This document shows, in pieces, positions 25,782 to 35,200 of a stretch of 44,393 bases of DNA. The DNA is from Candidatus Poseidoniaceae archaeon (GTDB lineage Archaea > Thermoplasmatota > Poseidoniia > Poseidoniales > Poseidoniaceae), in the NCBI GenBank assembly GCA_965662895.1, contig CBFIJH010000003.1:133793-178185 (forward strand). The letters are read 5' to 3'. A model generated the notes under the pieces. The model saw only the letters and a list, made by a program, of their open reading frames with translations. It did not search any database and was not told the origin of the DNA. The number at the start of each line of letters is the position of its first letter. Position 1 is the stretch's first letter. The translations under genes were made by a program, and so were the position numbers.

Positions 25782-26750
25782 ATGCAAGCACTGCATCGTG
25801 GCCTGTTTCTGGTTGCTTTGTTGCTCTGCATGAGCCTTGCTGGCTGCACGAGCAACGATGCATCACCGGACTCAAACAACAGCATGACCGAAGAAGAGAA
25901 GCAACTTCCTGAATGGAGTGTTGGTCAGAATTGGCTGTACACGTTCATAACGCCCCAATTTGGCGAGGACAGCGCCCGTCTCGTCGTCGCTGAAATCGAC
26001 AATGGTTCTGATGAATATGTCCTCGGTATTTCTTCAGAACGCGAAGCTCAACGTCATGCCGTCATTAATCACAATCCATTCCTTGGTCGCATGACCATCG
26101 ATGCCTTGGCGGTCTACGAAAACGGAGAACCGCAACAAGTGTTTTCGTTCCCATGGAGCGTCGGTGATTCGTGGTCCTTCACGCTTCTTGGTCAACAATG
26201 GGAGGCAACAACGCTGTCACTCACCAACGGCAATGCTCGAGTTGAAGCAGAATCTTCTGAAGGTCATGAATTGTCCTATACCTTTAGCGGTAGCAAAGGA
26301 TTCCTTGAACGACTGGTTTGGCGAGACGGAGATGGAACAGTTCAACTTCGAATGGACCTCAACATCGCACGTCAAAACTACGAAGGCGATGTCTTCTTCT
26401 ATCGAGCACGTGATCTCATCGATCGCATGTATGAAGAAAACGATCAGGAAATTTACGACTCCTTCTTTGACGCAGGTCACCCCTCAGAAGGCGACTGGGA
26501 CACACTGGTTTGGTATCTTGATGTCGAAATCGCCTCTGGAGGTGCTGCATCGGGTTCGTTGACAATGAAAGACCATGCTGGAGCTTCTCCGTTGACGCGA
26601 GCGTGGGGTTCAGGGGCAACAGAAAAAGGAGCGATTGGAACCATTCCGTCAAATTCAGGCGATTATTCCCTGACCGTGACCGTTCGAGGACCTTCTTCCT
26701 TTATCCATCTCAAGGTCGCAGGTGCACTTGTTTTCCAGTGGTCCTTGTGA
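25782..26750 (+). CDS. Hypothetical lipoprotein
   Basis: Signal peptide ending in lipobox SLAGC; beta-rich body. Confidence 0.8.
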   Translation: MQALHRGLFLVALLLCMSLAGCTSNDASPDSNNSMTEEEKQLPEWSVGQNWLYTFITPQFGEDSARLVVAEIDNGSDEYVLGISSEREAQRHAVINHNPFLGRMTIDALAVYENGEPQQVFSFPWSVGDSWSFTLLGQQWEATTLSLTNGNARVEAESSEGHELSYTFSGSKGFLERLVWRDGDGTVQLRMDLNIARQNYEGDVFFYRARDLIDRMYEENDQEIYDSFFDAGHPSEGDWDTLVWYLDVEIASGGAASGSLTMKDHAGASPLTRAWGSGATEKGAIGTIPSNSGDYSLTVTVRGPSSFIHLKVAGALVFQWSL

Positions 26751-26760
26751 GGGGAAGCAA

Positions 26761-27366
26761 ATGCCGACACTCATCATGATGCATGGGATGACTGGAACCG
26801 CAGAGATGATGCGCCCATTTGCCGAAAAGATTCTCCCAGATGGCTGGACGTTGCTCGTTCCAGATGCCCGATTCGATCATCCACGTCGTGGAAAAACGTG
26901 GTGGAGGTACGAAGACGAAAATCCAGATGTCACTCGAAGGTTGCAATTATCACGACGAGAATTGATGGATGTTGATTCATCGCTTTCGCAACTTGAGAAG
27001 TTGATTGCAGAGGAAGCGCCCATGGGGCCGCTTGTCGTTGGCGGTTTTTCACAAGGAGGGGCGATGGCTCAAGAGATGCTTCAACTCCCTCTTGCCGATC
27101 GCATTCTTGGTATCGTCGCCCTTGGTACGCGTTTGGTGCGACCGATGGAACTCCGGATTCGATTGGAAGAATTGGACAAGAAGCGCATGTTTTGGATGCA
27201 CGGAATAAAAGATGTTCGCGTTCCGCTTGAGGATGGATGGGCGGTGGCTCATCTGTTTGAGGCTGCAGGTTGGAGCGTCGAATTGGTCGAACATCAAAAA
27301 GGGCATATGATTCCAACAGAACATCATGAGGAACTCAAGGATTGGCTGGACGATCTCATCCATTGA
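26761..27366 (+). CDS. Alpha/beta hydrolase (phospholipase/carboxylesterase family)
   Basis: MHG, GFSQGG nucleophile elbow, HG..D..VP, GH catalytic His. Confidence 0.9.
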   Translation: MPTLIMMHGMTGTAEMMRPFAEKILPDGWTLLVPDARFDHPRRGKTWWRYEDENPDVTRRLQLSRRELMDVDSSLSQLEKLIAEEAPMGPLVVGGFSQGGAMAQEMLQLPLADRILGIVALGTRLVRPMELRIRLEELDKKRMFWMHGIKDVRVPLEDGWAVAHLFEAAGWSVELVEHQKGHMIPTEHHEELKDWLDDLIH

Positions 27367-27628
27367 GCGGGTATTTACTAAGCTCGTCAAAGCCTCCGAT
27401 GAAGATACGATCTTCGCCACGGATATCGAAAATAACTGGAACAGTTCGATGCATGGTCGCTTCGACGACTTCATCCCGTAATTCTGATGGCTGCTCGTCA
27501 AATGATACTTCGATAAAGGGGAGATTCTTTTGCGTTAAGAAACGCTTTGCGGCTGTACAGTACCCACAGAATCGTCCAGTGAAAACGAGGAAATTACCCT
27601 TGTATTGTTCAAGCATTTCAGTGAACAT
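27356..27628 (-). CDS. grx: Glutaredoxin
   Basis: CGYC active site, RTVP, IGGFD. Confidence 0.9.
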   Translation of the reverse strand: MFTEMLEQYKGNFLVFTGRFCGYCTAAKRFLTQKNLPFIEVSFDEQPSELRDEVVEATMHRTVPVIFDIRGEDRIFIGGFDELSKYPLNG

Positions 27629-27715
27629 GGAGAAAACTTTGGGAATGACCTATTTCAAACCATGGTCTCTGTCATGCAACCAACGGTTGAAATATATTTA
27701 ATCGGAGCAGTCGGT

Positions 27716-28216
27716 ATGGATTCCTATGTATTGGTTCTTAGTGCCTCATCCGGGAAGAATCTCGAACTTGCACATCGATTTGCCGAATCGTTCATAGCAA
27801 CAGGCACTGGCGCACAAGTCGTTGATTTAACAACACTCGATTGGCCTGTTTACACGCCTGAACTTGATGGAGACGTGAAACGAGAACCGAACACATCGAA
27901 CCTTGAGGATTTGATCCTTTCCTCAAAGGCACTTGTCGTGTGTGCGCCAGAATACAACGGAGTTATGCCACCGGCGTTGAACAACAGCATAGCTTGGTTA
28001 TCGGTACGAAGCGATGATTTTCGTCGATTGTTCAACAATCGGACCGTCCTCCTCGCCACGCACAGTGGAGGGGGTGGAGCACATTGTCTCATGGCAATGC
28101 GGCATCAATTTTCTTTCCTTGGTAGCAATGTCATCGGCCGAACCATGACATTGAACAAAACCAAGCCCTTTTCTCAATCAACAATGGATGATTTGATTCA
28201 ACGCGTTTTATCGTGA
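27716..28216 (+). CDS. NAD(P)H-dependent FMN reductase (flavodoxin-like fold)
   Basis: APEYNGVMPPALNNSIAWLS, SGGGG motifs; TATTTAA box about 20 nt upstream of ATG 27716. Confidence 0.88.
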   Translation: MDSYVLVLSASSGKNLELAHRFAESFIATGTGAQVVDLTTLDWPVYTPELDGDVKREPNTSNLEDLILSSKALVVCAPEYNGVMPPALNNSIAWLSVRSDDFRRLFNNRTVLLATHSGGGGAHCLMAMRHQFSFLGSNVIGRTMTLNKTKPFSQSTMDDLIQRVLS

Positions 28217-28298
28217 AGGATTTGTCCACGAATGCTCTTGTTGCCTTACGTTTGAAGAGCCAACGGTTATGAACAAGAGGTGACACGGGATGTCATTG

Positions 28299-28373
28299 GC
28301 TCGTGTGGTGTAGCCAGGTCCATCATCGCGGGTTTTCATCCCGCTGACCCGGGTTCGAATCCCGGCACGAGCA
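28299..28373 (+). tRNA. tRNA-Glu (TTC)
   Basis: Acceptor GCTCGTG/CACGAGC, anticodon arm GCGGG-TTTTCAT-CCCGC, T arm CCGGG-TTCGAAT-CCCGG. Confidence 0.96.
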
Positions 28374-28464
28374 CCTGGATACTTTTTGCCTGAATTTTTG
28401 AACGTCAGATATACATACTCGGCATTTAACCCTATTATAACGGGGTATCCTGGTGTTATCAAAA

Positions 28465-29106
28465 ATGCAATTTCTCATTCAATACGAAGACGCGTTGCAA
28501 TTACCTGCGGGAGAACTTGTCAACGTGTTTGAAAAATTAACCTTCATCCGAATCATGGAAATCATAGATGGTTCGCCAGTTCTCTTGTTCAATGCCACCT
28601 TTTTGCCAGAGCATGATGCCGAATCAATTGCAACAATACCTACGTTGGAGTTGCGTGAAGTGCTCGGACGAGATGGGAACAAAATTCTCTTCTCTGCACG
28701 AATGTCTGGGCCGATTGCACAGTTGCTTGTTGCTCAAAGTGATGCATGGCCGATCGCTCCAATCATTATCAAAGAGAAGAAACTCATCCTCTCGATGCAG
28801 GGGACATCTTCTGGATTATCGAACTTCCTTGGTGAAGTGAAATCGCTCATAGGCTCACGATTTCAGATCAATGTCAACAAAGCGTATCAAGGCGAGTGGT
28901 TAACGGCTCCAAGTATGTCACCTCGTCGAAAACAGGTCCTTGAAACTGCGATACATATGGGATATTACGACCACCCACGCCGTTGCAAACAGCAAGATAT
29001 TGCCGCACAACTTCATCGTAAGCAAGGCACAATTGCTGAACATCTCCTCCTTGCTGAAGGGAACATTCTCAAGGCATGGTTCAATCAATCACGAATTTCA
29101 GAATAA
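28465..29106 (+). CDS. Transcription regulator with C-terminal HTH_10 (bacterio-opsin activator-type) domain
   Basis: SPRRKQVLETAIHMGYYDHPRR...IAAQL....GTIAEHL..AE. Confidence 0.85.
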   Translation: MQFLIQYEDALQLPAGELVNVFEKLTFIRIMEIIDGSPVLLFNATFLPEHDAESIATIPTLELREVLGRDGNKILFSARMSGPIAQLLVAQSDAWPIAPIIIKEKKLILSMQGTSSGLSNFLGEVKSLIGSRFQINVNKAYQGEWLTAPSMSPRRKQVLETAIHMGYYDHPRRCKQQDIAAQLHRKQGTIAEHLLLAEGNILKAWFNQSRISE

Positions 29107-29709
29107 CTGAACTGCACCGAATGCAGCAAACAGGAAGATCGCTCCTGCAAGGCATCTTTGCAAAATTGGGCCTTTACGTTCATGTCGAAGCGTGTCCATC
29201 AGTTTATGACCGGTGAGTGTCCAAAGAACCATTGAGAGCAACCCACCAGTACACGTGATTGATGTCATCAAGAGGATGCCTTGCAATCCGCCACCAAAGC
29301 CGTCAAGGAATTGAATCATCATCACAGAAACAAATGCCCATTCTTTTCCATTGACAAACTGCAATGCGATTCCGTGACGAAAATCGATCTTTGTTATGTC
29401 CTCCTCGATGCTTAATCGCTCGATTGGTATACGTAAAATGACGAATCCAAGGAGGACAAAGAAGAGCAAACCAAGCCACTCAAGCAACGAAAAAAACATT
29501 GAATTTTCGTCGATTCGATCGATGGCTAAACCGATGATTAAGTGCACTGCAACAAATCCAATGACCATTCCAGTGATCAGTGAAACATTGCTTCGAGCAC
29601 CATGAACAGCTGAGTGAGAAATTGCAGTTATGTTGTTGGGCCCAGGAGTAAAAATGCCCACGGCTAAAAGTGTCAACAAACCAGCAAGCGCATCAGGTTC
29701 GATGGCCAT
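29098..29709 (-). CDS. LysE/RhtB family exporter
   Basis: TPGPNN motif, LQFVNGK (canonical NPK), 6 TM pattern. Confidence 0.85.
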   Translation of the reverse strand: MAIEPDALAGLLTLLAVGIFTPGPNNITAISHSAVHGARSNVSLITGMVIGFVAVHLIIGLAIDRIDENSMFFSLLEWLGLLFFVLLGFVILRIPIERLSIEEDITKIDFRHGIALQFVNGKEWAFVSVMMIQFLDGFGGGLQGILLMTSITCTGGLLSMVLWTLTGHKLMDTLRHERKGPILQRCLAGAIFLFAAFGAVQLF

Positions 29710-29720
29710 GTTCCATTCCT

Positions 29721-30317
29721 CTATGCAACGTTTGCTTGTTGTTTGTTCTTGCTCATCCACCAAAATGCAAGACCAAGGAGGGCCAGCAGAGCCACTGCCA
29801 TGATGATTTCATGGTCGAGCAACCACGTCACTGCATCCATTGCGACATCCCCGTAGACATAGATGAGAAGGGCTTCCAAGCCAAAGCGAAGGCCACGGCC
29901 GAAAATTCCAGCAAGAATGAATGGTTGTAGTTTCATATCGCTCGCACCAGCAATCCATCCGAACACCTTGTAAGGTAATGGAGAAACAGCGGCAATAAAC
30001 ATCCCCCATGTACCGTACTTTTCAAACAGGGACTCCAGTCGTTCTCTGTGCTGGGGCTTTCCAAATCGGTCGAGAAGTTTTGTACCGTAGACCTTTCCAA
30101 GCGTGTGTCCAACAATCGCTCCCAAGACCGATGCTGCTGTAACGATGAACCATAACCAGAGCAACGTCGACGCGTTGTTGCGCTCTTCATACGCCATCGG
30201 AAGGAACATGACATCTGGCGGAATTGGCTGAATGATGGCTTCGGTAAACGATAGGAGAGCAAGCGCAAACGGACCGAACTGATTGAAGAAATCCAAGATG
30301 AGGTCTTCTCCAATCAT
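29721..30317 (-). CDS. DedA/YqaA (VTT domain) membrane protein
   Basis: SFTEAIIQPIPPD, ASVLGA, SPLPYKVF, GRGLRF. Confidence 0.9.
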   Translation of the reverse strand: MIGEDLILDFFNQFGPFALALLSFTEAIIQPIPPDVMFLPMAYEERNNASTLLWLWFIVTAASVLGAIVGHTLGKVYGTKLLDRFGKPQHRERLESLFEKYGTWGMFIAAVSPLPYKVFGWIAGASDMKLQPFILAGIFGRGLRFGLEALLIYVYGDVAMDAVTWLLDHEIIMAVALLALLGLAFWWMSKNKQQANVA

Positions 30318-30395
30318 GGTCTAAGGTGCGGATTCGTCTTCTTGAGGGTATGGGTTATCGACGTCTTCTTTACGTGCATTCTCCACCATTCACCC

Positions 30396-30884
30396 ATGGC
30401 CGTCCTCGATACTGCAGCCCTGCTTCACTGGCCGATTGAACGATGCAGAGACCAGATTGTCTCCGTTCTTCAACAAGAAGAGTTGGCTCGAGTCGATGAA
30501 CAGCGTTCTTTCCTCATTGAAGGATTGGAAATGGATTGGCAAACAGCCAGCGAGGAGGAGCGAAGGGTTGTTGAAGAGATTGCAGCAACAACAGGCGACC
30601 TTCCGCGATTGTCGGATGTCGATCTTGACCTTCTTGCCCTTGCTCTTGTGAACAAAACGAACCTGATAACGGACGATTATCGAATGAAAAACGTGGCGAG
30701 GGAAGCGGGAATTGAAGTTCAAGGTGTCCTTACTAAGGGTGGAAACAAGTCATGGAAATGGGTTCTGCGTTGCATAGGTTGCAGGCAAACTGAAACGGTA
30801 GCAAATGACGCACATCGTTCGAAAAAGGATGACGTCAAAGAGTGCGATCGCTGTGGTTCACCAATGAAACTGAAACGAGCGTAA
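30396..30884 (+). CDS. nob1: Nob1-type PIN endonuclease with Zn ribbon (rRNA maturation)
   Basis: VLDTAALL, TGD..RLSDVD, TDDY, CIGC...CDRCGS. Confidence 0.88.
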   Translation: MAVLDTAALLHWPIERCRDQIVSVLQQEELARVDEQRSFLIEGLEMDWQTASEEERRVVEEIAATTGDLPRLSDVDLDLLALALVNKTNLITDDYRMKNVAREAGIEVQGVLTKGGNKSWKWVLRCIGCRQTETVANDAHRSKKDDVKECDRCGSPMKLKRA

Positions 30885-31187
30885 TCACTCTTCATCATTG
30901 AGAGCTTCAAGGGCTGTAACTTTCTTTTCAAGTTCGTCAACAGCCATCCCTGTTGGGTCGATTCCAACCGCTTTTGCACGATCCATTAAGACCTGATCTG
31001 GCGTCTTTCCACCTGCCTCCAAATCGGTGATGGTTGCTGCAGCAGTCGCCTCATTGAGGCCTTTGTGGAATTCGCCTTTTGAGCGGCCGAGTGCGTTTGC
31101 CATCTTTGGTAAGCGCTCTGCTCCAAAAAGTATGAAAAAGATACCAAGAAGAATAACGATTTCAAGTGGTCCGGGACTAAAAGCCAT
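30885..31187 (-). CDS. tatA: Twin-arginine translocase TatA/E subunit
   Basis: GPLEIVILLGIFFILFGAERLPKMANALGRSKGEF. Confidence 0.92.
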   Translation of the reverse strand: MAFSPGPLEIVILLGIFFILFGAERLPKMANALGRSKGEFHKGLNEATAAATITDLEAGGKTPDQVLMDRAKAVGIDPTGMAVDELEKKVTALEALNDEE

Positions 31188-31258
31188 ACTGTTCCCCGTA
31201 GGCCCCTAAACGTTGAGGCTTTCAAGACTTGCCATTGCTGACGAGGCTTCGTTTGGGA

Positions 31259-31501
31259 TTATCCACCAGAAACTGGGGGGAGGAGCGCAACTTCATCGCC
31301 TCGTTGACAATGGATGTCCAACGGGCATCGTTCTCCGTTGAGTGCAACGGCAAGACCCTGCCCAATCCAATGGCCTACATCGAGTTCGTGCACGATGTCT
31401 TCTATGCTGAGGTTATCTCGCCATTCTACCTTCGTGGTTCGAGAACCGATCGTTTCAGCAATGGGACCGAAGGCGAGGATGCGTACGTACCCTTCGGACA
31501 T
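31259..31501 (-). CDS. MoaD/ThiS/SAMP ubiquitin-like protein
   Basis: GDEVALLPPVSGG C-terminal diglycine. Confidence 0.9.
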   Translation of the reverse strand: MSEGYVRILAFGPIAETIGSRTTKVEWRDNLSIEDIVHELDVGHWIGQGLAVALNGERCPLDIHCQRGDEVALLPPVSGG

Positions 31502-31551
31502 GGACCGAGGTTGATGCGGTAGTTTATCAATACGCAGCCGTATGGTCTTTT

Positions 31552-32244
31552 ATGGCGTTTGCACTTCAAGCGGAAGGCCTCTGGAAATTGTACGAATCTG
31601 GGGAGACGGTTATACAAGCGGTACAAGACGTCACGCTCTCGGTTGATAGCGGCTCCATGGTCGCCATCATGGGACCATCTGGCTGTGGCAAAACAACATT
31701 GCTCAACGTTCTCTCTGGCATCGATGAGCCCAACTCAGGTACCGTTCGCATCAATGGAGAAAATCTCTACGGCTCGACCGATGATGAACGCACACGCGTC
31801 CGTGGAAAGCACATGGGATTCATATTCCAAGAATTCAATTTACTCCCGGTGATGACGGCTCTTGAGAACGTCGAACTGCCGTTGTTGATTCAGGGCATGC
31901 CTGCGAGTGAAGCAAGACAAGAAGCAAGCAAAGCATTGTCTGCCGTTGGCCTTGGTGACCGCCTCGAACACAGGCCTGCAGAGTTATCCGGGGGGCAACA
32001 ACAACGGGTTGCAATCGCCCGAGCAGTCGTGCACCGTCCGACGATTGTTCTTTGTGATGAACCAACGGGGAATCTTGATGCGGACACATCTGCATCCATC
32101 ATCAAACTGTTGCGAACACTGTGCAACGTTGGAAATACGACGTTTTTGATTGTCACGCACGACGAATCCATCGCAAAACAATGCGATTCAATCCGTTATA
32201 TGGCAGATGGGCGATTTCTTGGGGAAGCACATGAGGAGGAGTAG
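31552..32244 (+). CDS. ABC ATP-binding protein (LolD/MacB-like)
   Basis: GPSGCGKTT, GFIFQEFNL, LSGGQQQR, DEPTGNLD, VTHD. Confidence 0.95.
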   Translation: MAFALQAEGLWKLYESGETVIQAVQDVTLSVDSGSMVAIMGPSGCGKTTLLNVLSGIDEPNSGTVRINGENLYGSTDDERTRVRGKHMGFIFQEFNLLPVMTALENVELPLLIQGMPASEARQEASKALSAVGLGDRLEHRPAELSGGQQQRVAIARAVVHRPTIVLCDEPTGNLDADTSASIIKLLRTLCNVGNTTFLIVTHDESIAKQCDSIRYMADGRFLGEAHEEE

Positions 32245-35200
32245 TGTTGTTGTTCCTTCTCCTGCTCGGACTTGTCCTGTTGCTGACTGCAATCGCAACG
32301 GCGTATGGTCTGCGTAAGGAGTGTTCAGGGGGCGCACTTGCTCTTATCCTCATTGCCCCTCTCGGTGATGGGATTCTCACCTACGTTCTTCTCGATTGGT
32401 TTGGTTACGTCCCCGTCACATCATTGGTCGGAGGATTGATGTTCGGTTTGTTGAGTCTTTTCGGTGTCCAGGCTCTCGTATCATCAAGGCGTCTGCTCGG
32501 TTCCCGTTTGGCATGGCAACAACTCAACCGAAGAAAGCGTCAAGCTGCTTTGTTGATTGCAGGGTTAATGGTCGGTTCTGCAATCATCTCATCGTCTCTT
32601 ATTGTTGGTGATTCTCTCGATCAAACGGTTCGTAAAGAAGTTGAAGCCGCTTGGGGGGATACGGATGTCCTCATCTCAGGATACGACCCGAGTGTTGGCC
32701 AAGTTACGGAAATCCCTCAATCGATTGTCGAGGACCTGCGAAATGAAAACTTGGAAAATGTCGAACGATTCCAGGCAGGACGAGTCCTTTCGACGGCAGT
32801 CGTAACATCCGAAGGAAAGGCCAATCCAAGCGTGCCTTGGTTCGCCTTAGAACACAACGACGATGTACGAATCGGTTCGATGACAGAAGGTTTGACGTGG
32901 TTTGAATTGGAAGAAATCAATCGCTTTTCTTCAACACCACAAGTCGTCGTGAATCAAATGTTTGCCGATGAACTTGAAGTCAAGGTTGGCGATGAAGTTC
33001 AATTTCAGTGGTCTGTGCGCAATCAGAATGGGATCGAGCGAAGCATAGAAAATTTCACCATCCATCAAATCGTAGCAATGGATGGACAAGGACAACTTGC
33101 CGGAACCACTTCACCTGCGGTTTTTACCGATCTGTTAAGCGCCCAATCTTGGCAGAAATCTGAAGGGAATGTCACTTCAATTCGCGTTTCTCTGAACGCG
33201 GCAGACGAACGCTCCGCAGTTGAGCCAATTATGGATGAACTTGTTCAGGCATTAAACCAAAGCATTGGAGTTGACGAATCAGGCTTGCAGTTCATCGCTG
33301 AAAGCGATGCGGTTACAATAGCATCAACCAACGGTTTGGGTCGCCTCGCTCCGCGTCTGGTTCAGAGTTTGGGTGAGAATCGTTCTGTTCTGACACCTCA
33401 AGCAGGTATGATGGAGGTTTTGCAGGTTCCTTTGGTAGGTTTGGAATCAGCATCATCCAATCTTCTGACGCTCGCTGATGGAGATGTTGACGGCCTTGCT
33501 CTTGAGAGCGAGGTGCTCTGGCATTGGGGTCCTGGTGGCTTCGGATTTGAAACCAATGAGACATCTTGGGTTTGGCGCGTTCCGAATGGTGATATTATCA
33601 ACCATGTTTCGGTTCATGACGGATTTGGATTTGCAGCATACACCGACGGGCTTGTCCTAGGAAATTCTTCGGATGATGGTGCTACGGACTACATTTTGGA
33701 AGACAGCAACATCGTGGCGGTCGCTTCAACATCATTGCACTGGTATGCTATCGAGGAAGGAGCATCCCCACGCTTGTGGTTTGGAAACTTGGAGAACGGA
33801 AGCCGTGAGTCGTTGCCGATTGGTGTTGACGTTCCACCAACAGTGCTCGAATGGGAATTGGCGCAAGACGGCGATTGGCTGTATTTACGCATCGAAGGAA
33901 TCCTGAGCCAAACCTATTACAAACGTCCAATCCTCAATCTTCTGGAACCGTTCATTGAAATCAATGCTGTTGATTGGCCGAATCAATCCTCGACCTCCCC
34001 CGATGTATGTTCAGATTATGGAATCGTCTACAATGAATCGAATGCGTGGTGCATCGAAGAACATGGGCTGGTCCTGCGTTCGATTTCCGATGCTTCGATT
34101 CAATCGATACGGTTGCCAATTCTTTCGGACGCAGGCGGGTTTGGTACACTTCCACAAATGTTCTTCGCCTTTGATGGTGATGCTTCAACCCTCAACGTTC
34201 AGCAAGGCGAAACTCGGATTGGACAACGACTCGAACCTCTGTCTATCATCAACAGCGGCAACATCACCGTGTCTGGCTTGTTCCAGTATGCGTTTGGTTC
34301 AGACGAATCGGTGAATCTAAGCATCAACGGTTCGTTTGTGGATGATGCACGTCTTTCTTCACTTTCCGATCTTGATCCAGTGATTTTGGGCTTGATCAAC
34401 ATGTCCGATGCTGAATCTCTCGCCTCGGCAGATGAAGGTGAGCGTTCGATGTTGATTTTCAGTAACGTTTCCAATGTTGAAATGAGCGCCATCGAACAAC
34501 ATCTTGACTCGCTTGTTGGAATCGATGAGTTGTCTTTATCGGTTCAGGCTGTTAAAATCGACGCGCTCGAGCAGGCTGAAGCATCATCAGGTGTCTTGAG
34601 TGCGATGTTTTTGGTATTCGGTTCGTTTACCATTGCTGCAGGTGTTCTGCTTGTTGTGACCATCATCACGATGCTCATTGATGTGCGTCAAAAGGAGTAT
34701 GCTACAGTTCGGGCGCTCGGGATGACTCGCTCGGATTTACGCTACGTTGCGATGGTTGAGGGCGCGATTGCTGCTACGATTGGGTGTGGAGCTGGTTCGT
34801 TGCTTGGTGTCGGCCTTGCTTGGTTGATTGGAAATGGATTTTCCAGTGTCTTTGCCACTGCTGGTGCAGACGTCTTTTCTTTCCATGTGGACTCGTCATC
34901 TCTCCTTGCTGGTTGGTTTTGGGGCTTTCATATTGCCATGCTGACGCTGTATTGTTCAGCGTTGTGGTCGTCGCGCATTGTCATTGTGCATGCCCTGAAA
35001 AACGTACCTCAGCGCGTACCAAAACACGTACCATGGGGTGTGTATCTTTTCATCATTGGGGCTCTTGGTATGATTCTTTTGAGCGCAGGTCTGTTCCTCC
35101 TTGGTAGCGGTAGTCTTGCTCACAGCGTTTGGATCGTCTTTGGGTGCTCAATCGTCGTGTTTGTGTGTCCAATTCTCTTCTGGATTCTGCCCGTACTTCG

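Noticed and set aside
28340-28376. tRNA 3' end as an integration (att) site
   Set aside because: No second copy of the tRNA 3' sequence, and no integrase or transposase found by eye in the window.
28208-28462. 84-aa minus-strand ORF
   Set aside because: It is the antisense of tRNA-Glu (GARAGIRTRV is the classic tRNA shadow peptide).
26722-30395. Extended N-termini given by the ORF track (e.g. 26722, 27605, 29763, 30342; also 4496, 20692, 22613, 36768)
   Set aside because: They overlap neighbouring genes or promoter regions; downstream ATGs match family N-termini and RBS/TATA spacing better.
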